Source: Pirellulales bacterium (lineage in GTDB: Bacteria > Planctomycetota > Planctomycetia > Pirellulales > UBA1268). Taken from it: DNA of 64,000 nt. Both the position numbers and the translations under genes were made by a program. The stretch is taken from positions 264 through 64,263 of the forward strand of contig JADHSL010000010.1 in the NCBI GenBank assembly GCA_016776925.1, written 5' to 3'. The notes beneath the pieces are model-generated. The model was not told the DNA's origin, searched no databases, and was given only the letters and a program-made list of their open reading frames with translations. Shown one piece after another: positions 48,672 to 59,243 of the stretch (position 1 is the stretch's first letter; the number at the start of each line of letters is the position of its first letter).

Positions 48672-50018
48672 ATGAATTATGTATTTATTGGCCTGATTGT
48701 CATTCTCCTACTTGCCGGAGCAACTGCGCTCGTGCTCGGACGGCAAGGTATTAATCGGACAACACTCATCTTTGCAGGGCTTGTCCTCGTTGCAACAGCC
48801 GGGTTTATCTATCTCGCCGGCCGTGTCGCCGAACGTGAGCGTGCCTGGAGAGAGACAATCCGAGACACCACCGCGGAAATAAACACCACGCTCTACGGAG
48901 AATTTGCTGGCAAAACGTTTTTTCTTGCCGATCGTGCCGGCACCGATGACCCGAATGAAATAACTGAGCTTCGTCATAAGATTCTGCAACTCGGTGGCAC
49001 GCTCAGTCCTTCAAAAACCATCCGGAGCAGTGTAGATGTTGTGGTTGTTGATGACTTAGACAAAATTCCCCCCAGAGCACAAGAACTTAATATTGAAGCA
49101 GTTGATCAGGCAAAAATTAACGATGCTATTGCTCGAACGCTTGGGGGCCTCAACACGGCTATCATTACCAAACAACGGGAACAAACCAGACTCGAGACCT
49201 GGCGAAACAGAAACTGGAAAACTGCTTTATTCAAACCACCAAAAGTTGAACCGGATACGAGTAAGCCCGGCCTCTACCGAGTTGTTGAAGACGGAGCTCT
49301 TCAACTTACCCTGTCGGCAAAAGATACCGATCAACCACTCAATGAGGGTGCCGAACTTGCCATTTTTAATCTTCAGACAGATGACGAACGAGGGTTTCTT
49401 GGTGTTTTCAGTATTCAAACCGTGAGTAACCGAGAAGAAAACATTCTCTCCCTTTCTATATCACCATTAACTACTCCTGACCAATACGATCTCGCGGCCT
49501 GGAAGGACTGGGGCTTAACATCGCGAGCGGCAAAAAATCCGCACGTCGCTGTCTATGAAGATCTACCAACAAGCAGCGAGCTTTCCGTTGATGCCCTCAC
49601 AGCCTTACGTGGCACCGAAGTAAAGACTGGCAACGGCTCTATTACATCAGGTGGACTTGAGGGGATGAGACGCGACCTGCTTGAGGAGCTATCTACAATC
49701 GGGTCTATGATTGATTCAGTTGGCTTGGCAAAAGCTGCCACAGAACGAGAACGTGACCGAAAAAAACAAACAGCTAGTGATTTAAAGAGCGATCGCGATG
49801 CATGGGAAGAAGACAAGCAGTTTGCACAAGACGCTCTTGAGAGACTGGAATCGAGAAGCAGCCGCCTCCAACAGAATCTTCGCGACACAAGAACACGGAT
49901 CTTTGAACTTCGAACTGAGCTTACAGAACTGAATGGTCGGCTCATGGCCGAAGGAAACCGCGAAACTCAAGCAATTCAAAAGAGTTCTGCCGCCAGCGGA
50001 ACAACCGCTCTTCGTTAG
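48672..50018 (+). CDS. Membrane protein with BRCT-like domain and C-terminal coiled coil
   Basis: Two N-terminal TM helices. FAGKTFFLADRAGTDDPNEITELRHKILQLGGTLSPSKTIRSSVDVVVVDDL follows the BRCT pattern (G-x-x-F-hydrophobic...GG-x-hydrophobic...hydrophobic run). The last ~110 aa are heptad-like and charged. Confidence 0.5.
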   Translation: MNYVFIGLIVILLLAGATALVLGRQGINRTTLIFAGLVLVATAGFIYLAGRVAERERAWRETIRDTTAEINTTLYGEFAGKTFFLADRAGTDDPNEITELRHKILQLGGTLSPSKTIRSSVDVVVVDDLDKIPPRAQELNIEAVDQAKINDAIARTLGGLNTAIITKQREQTRLETWRNRNWKTALFKPPKVEPDTSKPGLYRVVEDGALQLTLSAKDTDQPLNEGAELAIFNLQTDDERGFLGVFSIQTVSNREENILSLSISPLTTPDQYDLAAWKDWGLTSRAAKNPHVAVYEDLPTSSELSVDALTALRGTEVKTGNGSITSGGLEGMRRDLLEELSTIGSMIDSVGLAKAATERERDRKKQTASDLKSDRDAWEEDKQFAQDALERLESRSSRLQQNLRDTRTRIFELRTELTELNGRLMAEGNRETQAIQKSSAASGTTALR

Positions 50019-50155
50019 CAACCGGCCGTTTTGTCATATTTTGGCCACCTGCTGACGCAACCGAGAACTCCTACTGGCCCCACAAGGCAGGCTTTCCGTC
50101 ACTGTTTTGCCATTTTGTGGCCATCCATCGACGAGTGCCATGTTCCTCCGTTACA

Positions 50156-50180
50156 CTTAGGGTTTCGGTCTTAGGGTTTC
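50156..50180 (+). repeat. Direct repeat CTTAGGGTTTC x2 (14-nt period) with inverted half-site CCTAAG at 50190-50195, upstream of the btaA-like gene
   Basis: Read directly: 50156-50166 and 50170-50180 are identical. They lie ~60 nt upstream of ATG 50238. Confidence 0.85.
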
Positions 50181-50237
50181 AATTTACTGCCTAAGACATA
50201 CCCTTGTTGCCCTTTCTTGCAGGAAATAAAACCGCTG

Positions 50238-51512
50238 ATGACGACCGTTACTGATGGCCCCAAGACGGAAGCCAATTTAAAAAAGGCCGTTCACCACCAT
50301 CGACTTGCAAGCAAAAGAGGCCTTCTCGAGAGGTTATTTACTCTTTGGTTTCGTGGATTTGTCTACAACCAGATATGGGAAGATCCGCGGGTTGACGCCG
50401 AGGCCCTGAATATTGGTCCGCATTCAAGCCTATTGACGATCTCAAGTGGTGGTTGCAATGTGTTGAATTATCTTGTGCACAAGCCAAAGAAAATTGTCGC
50501 TGTCGATCTCAATTCCAATCACATGTGTCTTACGCGACTGAAACTCGCGGCGGTGAAACACCTTCCTGATTACGAAACCTTTTATAATTTTTTCGGCTAC
50601 GGTCAACATAAAGACAACATCACTGTGTATCGAAAGTACATACGTGACAATATAGATCCTGCCACTCGTTCATTCTGGGAGTCAAGCGACTGGCCTGGAA
50701 AAACAATTGGTCCAAAACGAATCAGTTATTTTAAACGTGGCCTATACAACCAGGCGAAACTTGGGCAGTTCTTCCGCGTTATACACGGGCTCGCGCGTCG
50801 GATGGGAAGAGATCCAGCCAAACTTCTGGAAGCTCGCTCTCTTGCTGAGCAGGAGCAAATTTTTGATGAATACTTCGGACCACTTTTCAACAATCGCCTT
50901 GTACGATGGATGGGGAGGCAACCCGTAGCTGTTTACAGTCTTGGCATCCCGCCAAGTCAGCATGCTGCTATGCTTGAGGAGTCCGGCGGTAGCGGGCAAA
51001 AGCTTTTTGACACGTACAAGGAGCGAATTCGTCGCCTCGCGTGCGGTTTTCCTCTTGATGACAACTACTTTACCTGGCAATGTTTCGGACGCCGGTACGA
51101 CCACGAAAACAGGAAAGCATTGCCGGAGTATCTCAAAAGAGAAAACTACGACACGATCCGCGAAATGGTCGATCGAGTCGAGACCCATGTTGCGTCACTT
51201 GGTGACTACCTCGGTACTGCTGAACCGGGATCACTCAATGGATTCATTCTTCTCGATAGCCAAGACTGGATGCCACCACATGTCATCGATGAACTGTGGA
51301 GCATGATTGCGAAAGTTGGAGCAGAGGACACCCGGGTCATTTTCCGAACTGCGGGTATAAAATCTCCCCTAGACGAGGCGTTCTCACCAGAAACTGCCGC
51401 TCACTTTCACTACAACGCGGAAGAGTCCCGCCGGCTTCATGAACAGGACCGGTCCGCGATATACGGCATGTTCCACATCTACAACAAGGTTGCTGCCACG
51501 GAAAATCAATGA
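50238..51512 (+). CDS. btaA: DUF3419 / BtaA-like S-adenosylmethionine:diacylglycerol 3-amino-3-carboxypropyltransferase (putative)
   Basis: LERLFTLWFRGFVYNQIWEDPRVDAEAL matches the conserved N-terminal WEDP block of the BtaA/DUF3419 family, as I recall it. Size ~425 aa. It is translationally coupled (ATGA 51509-51512) to a SAM methyltransferase, as in the btaAB operon of Rhodobacter sphaeroides. The track start at 50217 is TTG. Confidence 0.65.
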   Translation: MTTVTDGPKTEANLKKAVHHHRLASKRGLLERLFTLWFRGFVYNQIWEDPRVDAEALNIGPHSSLLTISSGGCNVLNYLVHKPKKIVAVDLNSNHMCLTRLKLAAVKHLPDYETFYNFFGYGQHKDNITVYRKYIRDNIDPATRSFWESSDWPGKTIGPKRISYFKRGLYNQAKLGQFFRVIHGLARRMGRDPAKLLEARSLAEQEQIFDEYFGPLFNNRLVRWMGRQPVAVYSLGIPPSQHAAMLEESGGSGQKLFDTYKERIRRLACGFPLDDNYFTWQCFGRRYDHENRKALPEYLKRENYDTIREMVDRVETHVASLGDYLGTAEPGSLNGFILLDSQDWMPPHVIDELWSMIAKVGAEDTRVIFRTAGIKSPLDEAFSPETAAHFHYNAEESRRLHEQDRSAIYGMFHIYNKVAATENQ

Positions 51513-52240
51513 CCGATACTTCAGAATCTGTTTCCTCGCCCCAACAGCCGGTTTCTTCATCAAACAACAAATTGTCCACCGGGCACGATCAGGCCATAGC
51601 GATGGACAATATGTATCGTTTCACACGGCATATCTATGACTTCACTCGCCGCTATTACCTTCTTGGACGAGACCAATTACTTAAAGAGATCGTAACAGGA
51701 CCACATACAGCAACTCTTGAGGTAGGCTGCGGAACAGCTCGTAACTTGATTAAACTCGGAAAACGAACAACAACGGGTGCACTCTACGGACTCGACGCAT
51801 CCCACGAAATGCTTGAGACTGCTTCGAAAAGCATTTCTTCTGCCGGCCTCCCTCACAGTGACAATCCACCGATCATGCTGCGACAAGGTCTGGCAGAAGA
51901 ACTTGATGGAGTGAAGATGTTCGGTCGTGATGAGCCATTCGACACAATTTTCTTCTCATACTGCCTGTCTATGGTACCAACCTGGCCAGGTGCTCTTGAG
52001 GCCGCTTTTGCGAACCTCAAACCGGGTGGCGAACTCCTCATTGTTGATTTCTGGGACCAGGCTGACCTGCCTACCCTCTTCGCACGGGCGCTCAAGAAGT
52101 GGCTTGCATGTTTCCATGTCCACTATCGTCCCGAACTTCACAAAGCGATTGCTGCAATGTCTGGACAAAAAGGCTGTTCAGTTGAATTCAAATCAGTTCA
52201 CCGCCGCTACGCATACCTTGCAACTGTAAAAAAAACCTAA
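51509..52240 (+). CDS. btaB: Class I SAM-dependent methyltransferase, BtaB-like (putative DGHS N-methyltransferase)
   Basis: SAM motif I LEVGCGTARN and post-I GLDASHEML. The N-terminal HIYDFTRRYYLLGRD block resembles BtaB-family proteins from memory. Coupled to the btaA-like gene. Confidence 0.55.
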   Translation: MTDTSESVSSPQQPVSSSNNKLSTGHDQAIAMDNMYRFTRHIYDFTRRYYLLGRDQLLKEIVTGPHTATLEVGCGTARNLIKLGKRTTTGALYGLDASHEMLETASKSISSAGLPHSDNPPIMLRQGLAEELDGVKMFGRDEPFDTIFFSYCLSMVPTWPGALEAAFANLKPGGELLIVDFWDQADLPTLFARALKKWLACFHVHYRPELHKAIAAMSGQKGCSVEFKSVHRRYAYLATVKKT

Positions 52241-52252
52241 ATACTCCCACCG

Positions 52253-53044
52253 CTAGAACCCAGGGCCTGGGAACGGAAGGATGAAGTAGGCACCAGTCAG
52301 AGCAGCGGCCTCTAAGGCTGCACCTCGAAGACTCATTGCCGGAGCGGGAACAGTCCATGGCGCACAATCGCCAGGCCTGTAATAGCCGAGAGGATAAATG
52401 CATTCCCAAGGCAATTCGACGCCCATTTTATATGGAAGAAACGCAGCCGTCGTAAAAAAGTGACCTGCCGACAAGAATGGGTCGGCAACCGGATGAACAG
52501 AATTCCCGTAGCGCTCAAAGTTCCACTGTTCGAAATAGAGCGGTTTGTGACAGTATCCAGCTGCTCTCCACGTCATCGTTGTGTTTACAAACTGACGAGG
52601 CTCCCAATCTTCTCCCTCCAGGCGACACTCACAAGGAAAATCATTCCCAGCTACACCTGTGACATGGATGTCGAGATTAATCGAAGCAAGGGTATCGGCT
52701 CGCAGTTTATCCAGTTCTTCCTGACAATCGTCTGCAGTATCCAGACAGGTGCTGGGCACCTCTGAAGATGCGAGACGAATGTCTTTTTCGAGAAGAGGAG
52801 AGCGGCTTACATCTTTTCCATCGGCAGTAGGAGCGATGGTTTCATACGACCTTTTGCTTGTCGTCCTCACAGCATGTTGGACAGCAAACTTTGCGTCTGG
52901 TGAAAAGTCCTGCCATCCATCTGCCAATACCACTCCGCACAACAAAACACTGCCAACAACAGCCAAGACTGGCAAAAACAACAAGCACGTCGGCTGCTTC
53001 TTTTTCTTAGTCGTCCGAATCCATTGTGTAGTTAGGCGATTCAT
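52253..53044 (-). CDS. Hypothetical signal-anchored or secreted protein
   Basis: [41 protein letters not shown] is a positive N-terminus plus hydrophobic helix. The track ORF (to 53176) overlaps guaB heavily. Even ATG 53044 overlaps the guaB 3' end by 38 nt. Confidence 0.5.
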   Translation of the reverse strand: MNRLTTQWIRTTKKKKQPTCLLFLPVLAVVGSVLLCGVVLADGWQDFSPDAKFAVQHAVRTTSKRSYETIAPTADGKDVSRSPLLEKDIRLASSEVPSTCLDTADDCQEELDKLRADTLASINLDIHVTGVAGNDFPCECRLEGEDWEPRQFVNTTMTWRAAGYCHKPLYFEQWNFERYGNSVHPVADPFLSAGHFFTTAAFLPYKMGVELPWECIYPLGYYRPGDCAPWTVPAPAMSLRGAALEAAALTGAYFILPFPGPGF

Positions 53045-54476
53045 GCGTAATAGCGATGTCATGGGGATGACTTTCTCGAACAGTTGCGGCAGACACCTGT
53101 ATGAAACGGGCATCTCGCCGTAGGTCTTCAATTGTTTGCGTTCCACAATAGCCCATCCCGGCACGCAGGCCACCAACGAGCTGATAGACGAACATGCTTA
53201 GAGACCCTTTGAAAGGCACTCGGCCTTCCACGCCCTCTGGAACAAGTTTGTCCGTATTCCGACCATCCTGCTGCTGCCGATACCGCTCACTCGAACCCTG
53301 CACCATTGCTCCCAGCGATCCCATCCCGCGGTACGCCTTGAAAGTTCGACCGTGAAAAAGCACGGTCTCACCAGGGCTCTCCGCGACACCAGCCAGTAAA
53401 CCACCAACCATGACACAGTTGGCTCCGGCCGCGATCGCTTTTGTAATATCTCCCGAGTAGCGAATACCTCCATCAGCGATGATCGGAACATCCGTACCGG
53501 CAACTTCCTGTGCTGCTTCCCAGACCGCGGAGATCTGCGGAACACCAACACCGGAAATAACCCGTGTAGTACAGATCGACCCGGGACCGATCCCAACTTT
53601 GATCCCATCTGCACCAGATTTCAAAAGATCACGACAGCCCTCCCGGGTTGCCACATTTCCCGCAATCACCTGTATTTCCCATCGCTTCTTAATCTCCTGG
53701 ACCGTCTCCATCACATTGCTTGAGTGCCCGTGTGCCGAGTCCACAACAAGCACATCAACACCCTTGGAAATAAGGTTTTCGGCCCTCTCGAAATCAAATA
53801 CACCAACAGCGGCCCCAACCCGTAAGCGTCCCTGTTTGTCTTTACACGCATTTGGGAATCGCTTCAGCATGTCAATATCTTTGATGGTGATAAGGCCGGT
53901 GAGAACACCCTCCCCATCTACCAGTAGCAATTTCTCTACCTTGTTTGCCATGAGGACTTTTTCTGCCTCATCAAGCGTTACCGCACCAGTCGCCGTGACC
54001 AGCCCAGTTTGAGTCATAATTTCAGCGATTGGGGTGTCCCCACGTTCGAGAAACCGCAGATCACGTTTTGTGATTATTCCGACGAGCTTTTGGCCCTCAG
54101 TTGTGATTGGCACTCCGGAGATATTTGACTGAGCCATAACTTCTCGTGCACGCGCTACCGTAGCCGTTGGCGGCAGTGTTACAGGGTCAGCAATAATTCC
54201 ATTTGCTGTCCTTTTGACCTTATCGACTTCATCGGCCTGGCCTTCAATAGAAAGATTCTTGTGAATAACCCCCAGTCCGCCTTCCTGGGCCAATGAAATA
54301 GCCATTGCACTTTCAGTCACAGTGTCCATTGGTGAGCTCACAAGAGGGAGGTTCAGACCAATAGATCGAGTCAACCGGGTACTGACATCAACCTCCGAGG
54401 GAACGACCGTTGAAAACCTCGGAATCAGTAGCACGTCGTCAAAAGTGATTCCAGCTTGGACGATTTTCCCTTCCAT
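53007..54476 (-). CDS. guaB: Inosine-5'-monophosphate dehydrogenase
   Basis: [12 protein letters not shown], an inserted CBS pair, catalytic loop [20 protein letters not shown] and YRGMGS. Confidence 0.97.
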   Translation of the reverse strand: MEGKIVQAGITFDDVLLIPRFSTVVPSEVDVSTRLTRSIGLNLPLVSSPMDTVTESAMAISLAQEGGLGVIHKNLSIEGQADEVDKVKRTANGIIADPVTLPPTATVARAREVMAQSNISGVPITTEGQKLVGIITKRDLRFLERGDTPIAEIMTQTGLVTATGAVTLDEAEKVLMANKVEKLLLVDGEGVLTGLITIKDIDMLKRFPNACKDKQGRLRVGAAVGVFDFERAENLISKGVDVLVVDSAHGHSSNVMETVQEIKKRWEIQVIAGNVATREGCRDLLKSGADGIKVGIGPGSICTTRVISGVGVPQISAVWEAAQEVAGTDVPIIADGGIRYSGDITKAIAAGANCVMVGGLLAGVAESPGETVLFHGRTFKAYRGMGSLGAMVQGSSERYRQQQDGRNTDKLVPEGVEGRVPFKGSLSMFVYQLVGGLRAGMGYCGTQTIEDLRRDARFIQVSAATVRESHPHDIAITHESPNYTMDSDD

Positions 54477-54847
54477 TGCGATCTCCTGCCTCCGATGAAT
54501 TTCAAATTTTCTGTCTGTGGAAACACCACTTCTTAAACGCCGCGGAGTACGACCGCGTAAGACGCTGAACCAGTTTGGCCACTTCCGTCAGGTTCTGCCT
54601 GATTCTGCCCACTCACCCACTTCGGGAAGTTCGGATTATGCGGACAAAACCGGAAAAAAGGCAACGGCGAAGCATCAGAACGCTATTCAAGGGGCACTGA
54701 TGTACCAAGAACCGGCGCCGGTGAAAACCATGACCTACGTTTAAGTGACCTTTGTTTCCTTCCTCTTTTCATCATACACGGCACGTGGTTCTCACGTAAT
54801 CCTCTCTGTTTCCACCGCATTAAAGACAAACTTCGTCCCTCTTCACC

Positions 54848-55519
54848 ATGCCATACGAACAACACGTTTCCGAAAATGATACGGCCACAGATGACTTCGC
54901 AAACTCCATTGCGAGACCTGATAGAACAACTTTTGAAGCACACCTCGCCAGAAGACGGTACGGCCACTTTACGCTCACTGAAGCAATACGACCTGCATGG
55001 CAACTCGGGATAATACCGGAAGCGGGATATCGTCATGACTCGTACAATGACCCTATCACGGGTGAAAATCTGCCAGCGATCGTTGCCGCTGTATCAAGCG
55101 AACGGCTCTTTGATACGTTCCTCCAACTCATTGAATCACTTGGTGATGCGTGTGATGTTGTTCTTGAATCATCTCACGAACATAAGAGCCATCCGAAAGA
55201 ATGGCGCCGTGAAGGAATCGAGCGAATCCTGCTCGAAAGTCAACTCTGGAATTTTGAAGATTTACTGCTCAACGACGGATGTACGAGTATTGCTGTTCTT
55301 CATTCCGAGGAACCTTTTGAAGTGCAGCTTGACGAGCATAAGTTACTGATTGCCTACGGCCCGGCCATGCACACATTCGAGACCATACTTTCTGAACAAG
55401 GCGTTCGGCAAAAGAAAAACTTGCGGGTCATTTCACAGGGTGACCATATGCATACCTCAACAAGTCACCACATGACACAATTCGAGGACCTTGTCTCCCA
55501 ACTCCATGCCGACGTCTAA
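54848..55519 (+). CDS. Hypothetical cytoplasmic protein (223 aa)
   Basis: Clean ATG ORF with ordinary composition and no motif recognised. Confidence 0.5.
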   Translation: MPYEQHVSENDTATDDFANSIARPDRTTFEAHLARRRYGHFTLTEAIRPAWQLGIIPEAGYRHDSYNDPITGENLPAIVAAVSSERLFDTFLQLIESLGDACDVVLESSHEHKSHPKEWRREGIERILLESQLWNFEDLLLNDGCTSIAVLHSEEPFEVQLDEHKLLIAYGPAMHTFETILSEQGVRQKKNLRVISQGDHMHTSTSHHMTQFEDLVSQLHADV

Positions 55520-55721
55520 AAGTTGTTAGTCTGCTCACCCAAAGCGTGCAGTCAGCCCTCCGGCCCAGCCAGGCATACTCCAAGACAGTCGAAAAGCCAC
55601 CACTTTCCGGGAAACAAAAAAGGGGGGGTATTCTGCTGAAAATTGGCCTTGAGTCAACAGCCCCATTTGACGAGTCTTACCCAACTTTATAACAACGTTC
55701 GGGTTGCTCCTCAGGTGCTCC

Positions 55722-56507
55722 ATGTCTGCACAACTCCGCTTTGCTATCACCTTCATTGTCGCGCTACCGTGTGGCTGGATTTCAACGGCATCTGCACAGC
55801 AAGTCCTGCCTCCACCGGTTCAATTCAATCCACCTCAGGTACCCTACGATCCGGCTAGTCCACTTCCTCCTGGTACCGTCATTGAGTCTTCTGGCCCTGT
55901 GTACCGCAATCCCATTGCCATGCCGGGGAATTCTGTGCTGATTCCACCGCTTGACGCAGAGGTCGTCTGGTGCCAACTCGTGAATGTGACTGATGACTTC
56001 TTCAAGATAAAGAGTGAACAACGCGTCGTGTTTGCTCAAGGGATTCCAACAGAAGGTCGAATAACGACTTTTCCTCAAACTGGAGCTACCCTTCTTGAGC
56101 CCTGGCGTGGTGATTCAGTTGGCTTTCATGAGCGACTCGAGAGTACTTTTCAGTCGATTCGTCGAATGGCTTCAATCCGTCTTATTCCTGACCCTGGTGG
56201 CTGGAGGGTTGAAGTGGCTGTACAGAAGGAGCTAGAGAATCTACTCAGGCCGATGCATGCCACTGCTGGTGGTGCTACATTTCGTAACGATGATTCGCTC
56301 TACCGATATGGCACACCGCTTCCTGTGCTCGGCCAACGTGTAGGAGATCAACCCAGACCTGTTGCGACACCTACACGAACCGACGGATGGATTCCGCTTG
56401 GTCGTGACGGGCTGCTCGAACGGCGGATGCTTGATAAAATCCTCAAACGACTTGGCGTTGCAACAGTACCTCAATATTCGGCAATGCCACTACCTCCTGC
56501 GAACTGA
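55722..56507 (+). CDS. Secreted hypothetical protein
   Basis: Signal peptide MSAQLRFAITFIVALPCGWISTASAQQ followed by a Pro-rich segment. The track start at 55704 is TTG. Confidence 0.5.
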   Translation: MSAQLRFAITFIVALPCGWISTASAQQVLPPPVQFNPPQVPYDPASPLPPGTVIESSGPVYRNPIAMPGNSVLIPPLDAEVVWCQLVNVTDDFFKIKSEQRVVFAQGIPTEGRITTFPQTGATLLEPWRGDSVGFHERLESTFQSIRRMASIRLIPDPGGWRVEVAVQKELENLLRPMHATAGGATFRNDDSLYRYGTPLPVLGQRVGDQPRPVATPTRTDGWIPLGRDGLLERRMLDKILKRLGVATVPQYSAMPLPPAN

Positions 56508-56513
56508 CAGCGG

Positions 56514-58193
56514 CTATTCGTCAGTAACACATCCCTGTGAGGCTGGCGCAACACACCGAATATACTTTGCCAAGATTCCACGATCACATTTGGGGGTTGG
56601 CTGCTCCCAGCGGCTCTTTCGCTCCGCAAGTTCGACCTCACTCACATCGACGTCAATGGTCGCCTTCTCAGCGTCCATTGTGATGACATCACCATCATGA
56701 ACAAGTGCAATCGGCCCACCATCAAACGCTTCAGGGACAACATGCCCAACAATAAATCCGTGTGATCCGCCCGAAAACCTGCCATCGGTAATAAGGGCCA
56801 CATCGGCACCCAGGCCAGCGCCCATCAAGGCCGACGTCGGCGTTAACATCTCCGGCATTCCCGGCCCACCTTTCGGGCCTTCATAGCGAATGATTACAAC
56901 ATCCCCACGGTAGATACCACCGCTTTCCAAAGCAGCGAGCATATCTTCTTCACTGTCGAATACTCTTGCCGGACCTGAGAAACGCGAACCTTCTTTTCCA
57001 GTGATTTTCGCTACAGCAGTGCCAGGGGCAAGGTTGCCAGTCAAAATAGTTATGTGCCCAGTTGGCTTGATTGGATTTTCGACCGGTTGAATTATTTTCT
57101 GGCCCTCAGCCAGACCCTTACTACCTGCCAGATTCTCTGCCAGGGTTTTCCCTGTCACCGTCAGACAATCTCCGTCAAGCAGGCCCTTATCGAGAAGATA
57201 TTTCATGAGTCCACTTGTGCCACCGATGGAGTGCAGATCTTCCTGGACGAACTTCCCGCTTGGCTTCAGATCAGCAAGGTAGGGAATCCGACTCGAGACA
57301 GCCTGAAAATCAGAAGGCTCAAGTGAGACACCAACACTTCGTGCCATTGCAATTAAATGAAGAACGGCATTCGTCGAACCACCGAGAGCCATAATAACGA
57401 CCATGGCATTCTCAAAGGCTTTCCGGGTCATAATATCTCGAGGCTTTATATCACGCTCTAGCAAATGAAGTAGTGCTTCTCCCGCACGGTGACACTCAGC
57501 TAGCTTAGCGCTATCTTCGGCGGGAATGGATGCAGTATCTGGAAGCGCCATCCCCATTGCTTCAATGGCTGTTGCCATAGTATTTGCCGTATACATCCCA
57601 CCACACGCACCTGCACCCGGGCATGCGCGCTGCACGATATCCGAACGCCTGCTGTCATCGATACGGCCGGCCACATACTCCCCATAACACTGGAAGGCCG
57701 AAACGATATCGAGTGACGTCCCATCATCGAGATGCCCTGGTTTGATCGTACCGCCATACACCATTAGGGCAGGGCGGTTCAGTCGGCCCATAGCGATGAG
57801 GCATCCGGGCATATTTTTGTCACATCCAGGAATTGCAACCAGTCCGTCATACCATTGGGCCTGCATGACAGTTTCAATTGAGTCAGCAATGATGTCTCGA
57901 GATGGTAATGAGTAGCTCATCCCATCTGTTCCCATTGAAATTCCATCACTCACACCAATGGTGTTAAACCGCATACCAACCAGACCGCATTCAACAACAC
58001 CATCTCGCACAGCAGCTGCGAGTGTATCAAGGTGCATATTGCAGGTATTCCCTTCGTACCACATGCTCGCTATGCCTACCTGCGGCTTGCCCAGGTCTTC
58101 AGGAGTCAGGCCGGTCCCCAATAACATGGCCTGCGATGCGCCTTGGGCGCGGGGTTGTGTGATCCTTGCACTGTAACGATTGAGCGTGGTCAT
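56514..58193 (-). CDS. ilvD: Dihydroxy-acid dehydratase
   Basis: [27 protein letters not shown] (Fe-S ligand region) and [12 protein letters not shown]. Confidence 0.97.
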   Translation of the reverse strand: MTTLNRYSARITQPRAQGASQAMLLGTGLTPEDLGKPQVGIASMWYEGNTCNMHLDTLAAAVRDGVVECGLVGMRFNTIGVSDGISMGTDGMSYSLPSRDIIADSIETVMQAQWYDGLVAIPGCDKNMPGCLIAMGRLNRPALMVYGGTIKPGHLDDGTSLDIVSAFQCYGEYVAGRIDDSRRSDIVQRACPGAGACGGMYTANTMATAIEAMGMALPDTASIPAEDSAKLAECHRAGEALLHLLERDIKPRDIMTRKAFENAMVVIMALGGSTNAVLHLIAMARSVGVSLEPSDFQAVSSRIPYLADLKPSGKFVQEDLHSIGGTSGLMKYLLDKGLLDGDCLTVTGKTLAENLAGSKGLAEGQKIIQPVENPIKPTGHITILTGNLAPGTAVAKITGKEGSRFSGPARVFDSEEDMLAALESGGIYRGDVVIIRYEGPKGGPGMPEMLTPTSALMGAGLGADVALITDGRFSGGSHGFIVGHVVPEAFDGGPIALVHDGDVITMDAEKATIDVDVSEVELAERKSRWEQPTPKCDRGILAKYIRCVAPASQGCVTDE

Positions 58194-58260
58194 CTATGGT
58201 CTCCAGGAAAACAGATGTGCGAAGAATAGATTCTCTCAGCAAAGGATAAAAGCCTCCCCA

Positions 58261-58887
58261 ATGAAGCCCCCACCACAGTTCATCTTTCTCGATGTTGGCA
58301 ATGTTTTGGTATCGTTCGACTACGATCAAGGATTTCACCAAATTGCTGAGAAAACAGAAATTGCCGTCTCTCGTATCAAAGAGTTTTACACCACCAAAGA
58401 CATTCAGTCACGGCTTGAGAACGGCGAGCTTTCCTGGCAGGACGTCCATGACGCCTTTTGCACTCGGTTTGGATCAACTGTATCAATGGAGGCGTTCAGC
58501 AAAGCAGCGGGTGATATCTTTGCACTGAACTTTCCAATGGTGCCCGTCGTTACAGCAATGCAACGCTGTGGGCTCCGGCTGGGTCTTTTATCAAATAGTT
58601 GTCAGCCACACTGGGACCATCTGTGTACTTGCGGATTCACACTCCTGACTGACCCCTTTTCTATTCTCGTAGTCAGCCATGAAGTCTCTCTGGCAAAACC
58701 TGCACGAGCAATCTATGAACACGCCCAAAGAGCATCAAACACACCTGCCGATCGTATTTTCTTCTGCGACGATCTCGTTGCAAATGTTGATGCCGCTCGA
58801 GACGCCGGATGGGATGCAGAACTTTTCACCTCAGCTCACCAACTTATTCGTGATCTGAATCATCGTGGCATTCGTCTTGGGCTCTAA
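58261..58887 (+). CDS. HAD-superfamily hydrolase (subfamily IA-like)
   Basis: Motif I FIFLDVGNVLV (DxG variant), motif II LLSNS and motif IV FFCDDLVANVDAARDAG. ATG 58261 is preferred over the track start at 58180, which overlaps ilvD. Confidence 0.78.
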   Translation: MKPPPQFIFLDVGNVLVSFDYDQGFHQIAEKTEIAVSRIKEFYTTKDIQSRLENGELSWQDVHDAFCTRFGSTVSMEAFSKAAGDIFALNFPMVPVVTAMQRCGLRLGLLSNSCQPHWDHLCTCGFTLLTDPFSILVVSHEVSLAKPARAIYEHAQRASNTPADRIFFCDDLVANVDAARDAGWDAELFTSAHQLIRDLNHRGIRLGL

Positions 58888-59113
58888 GTGACCGAGCCAG
58901 TTTCATCACATCTGTCTCACCGAACGGTCCTTCGAGGGCAACCTCGCCACCTACGACGAGGACAGGAACACGAATCCCATACAGCTGCCTATGCAATTCA
59001 TCCGCATCAACATCGAAAACGCGGCACTTTGGTAAATAGATCGCGACCAAATCTTCTGCTCGCTCACACAGGTGGCAGCCGTTTCGACTGAACAATGCAA
59101 CGTTATTTATCAT
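58844..59113 (-). CDS. Glutaredoxin-like thioredoxin-fold protein (DUF836/YruB-like)
   Basis: LFSRNGCHLCERAEDL (CxxC) ...VPVLVVGGE. 89 aa. The 3' end overlaps the convergent HAD gene by 44 nt. Confidence 0.6.
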   Translation of the reverse strand: MINNVALFSRNGCHLCERAEDLVAIYLPKCRVFDVDADELHRQLYGIRVPVLVVGGEVALEGPFGETDVMKLARSLRAQDECHDDSDHE

Positions 59114-59243
59114 GTCAGCCTTGGCACCGAAACACCCCTCAAAATCACCATTCTCGCGATCTCACACGACGATTTCCGAGGGATGCTATGATACGTTTCA
59201 ATCGTTCATACTGAAAGCATTCATCTTTTTTATCCGGACACCA

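Noticed and set aside
50156-50180. TTAGGG/TTTAGGG telomere-like sequence
   Set aside because: Only two copies are present, separated by GGT, inside a bacterial promoter region. It is treated as a possible operator repeat and not as telomeric DNA.
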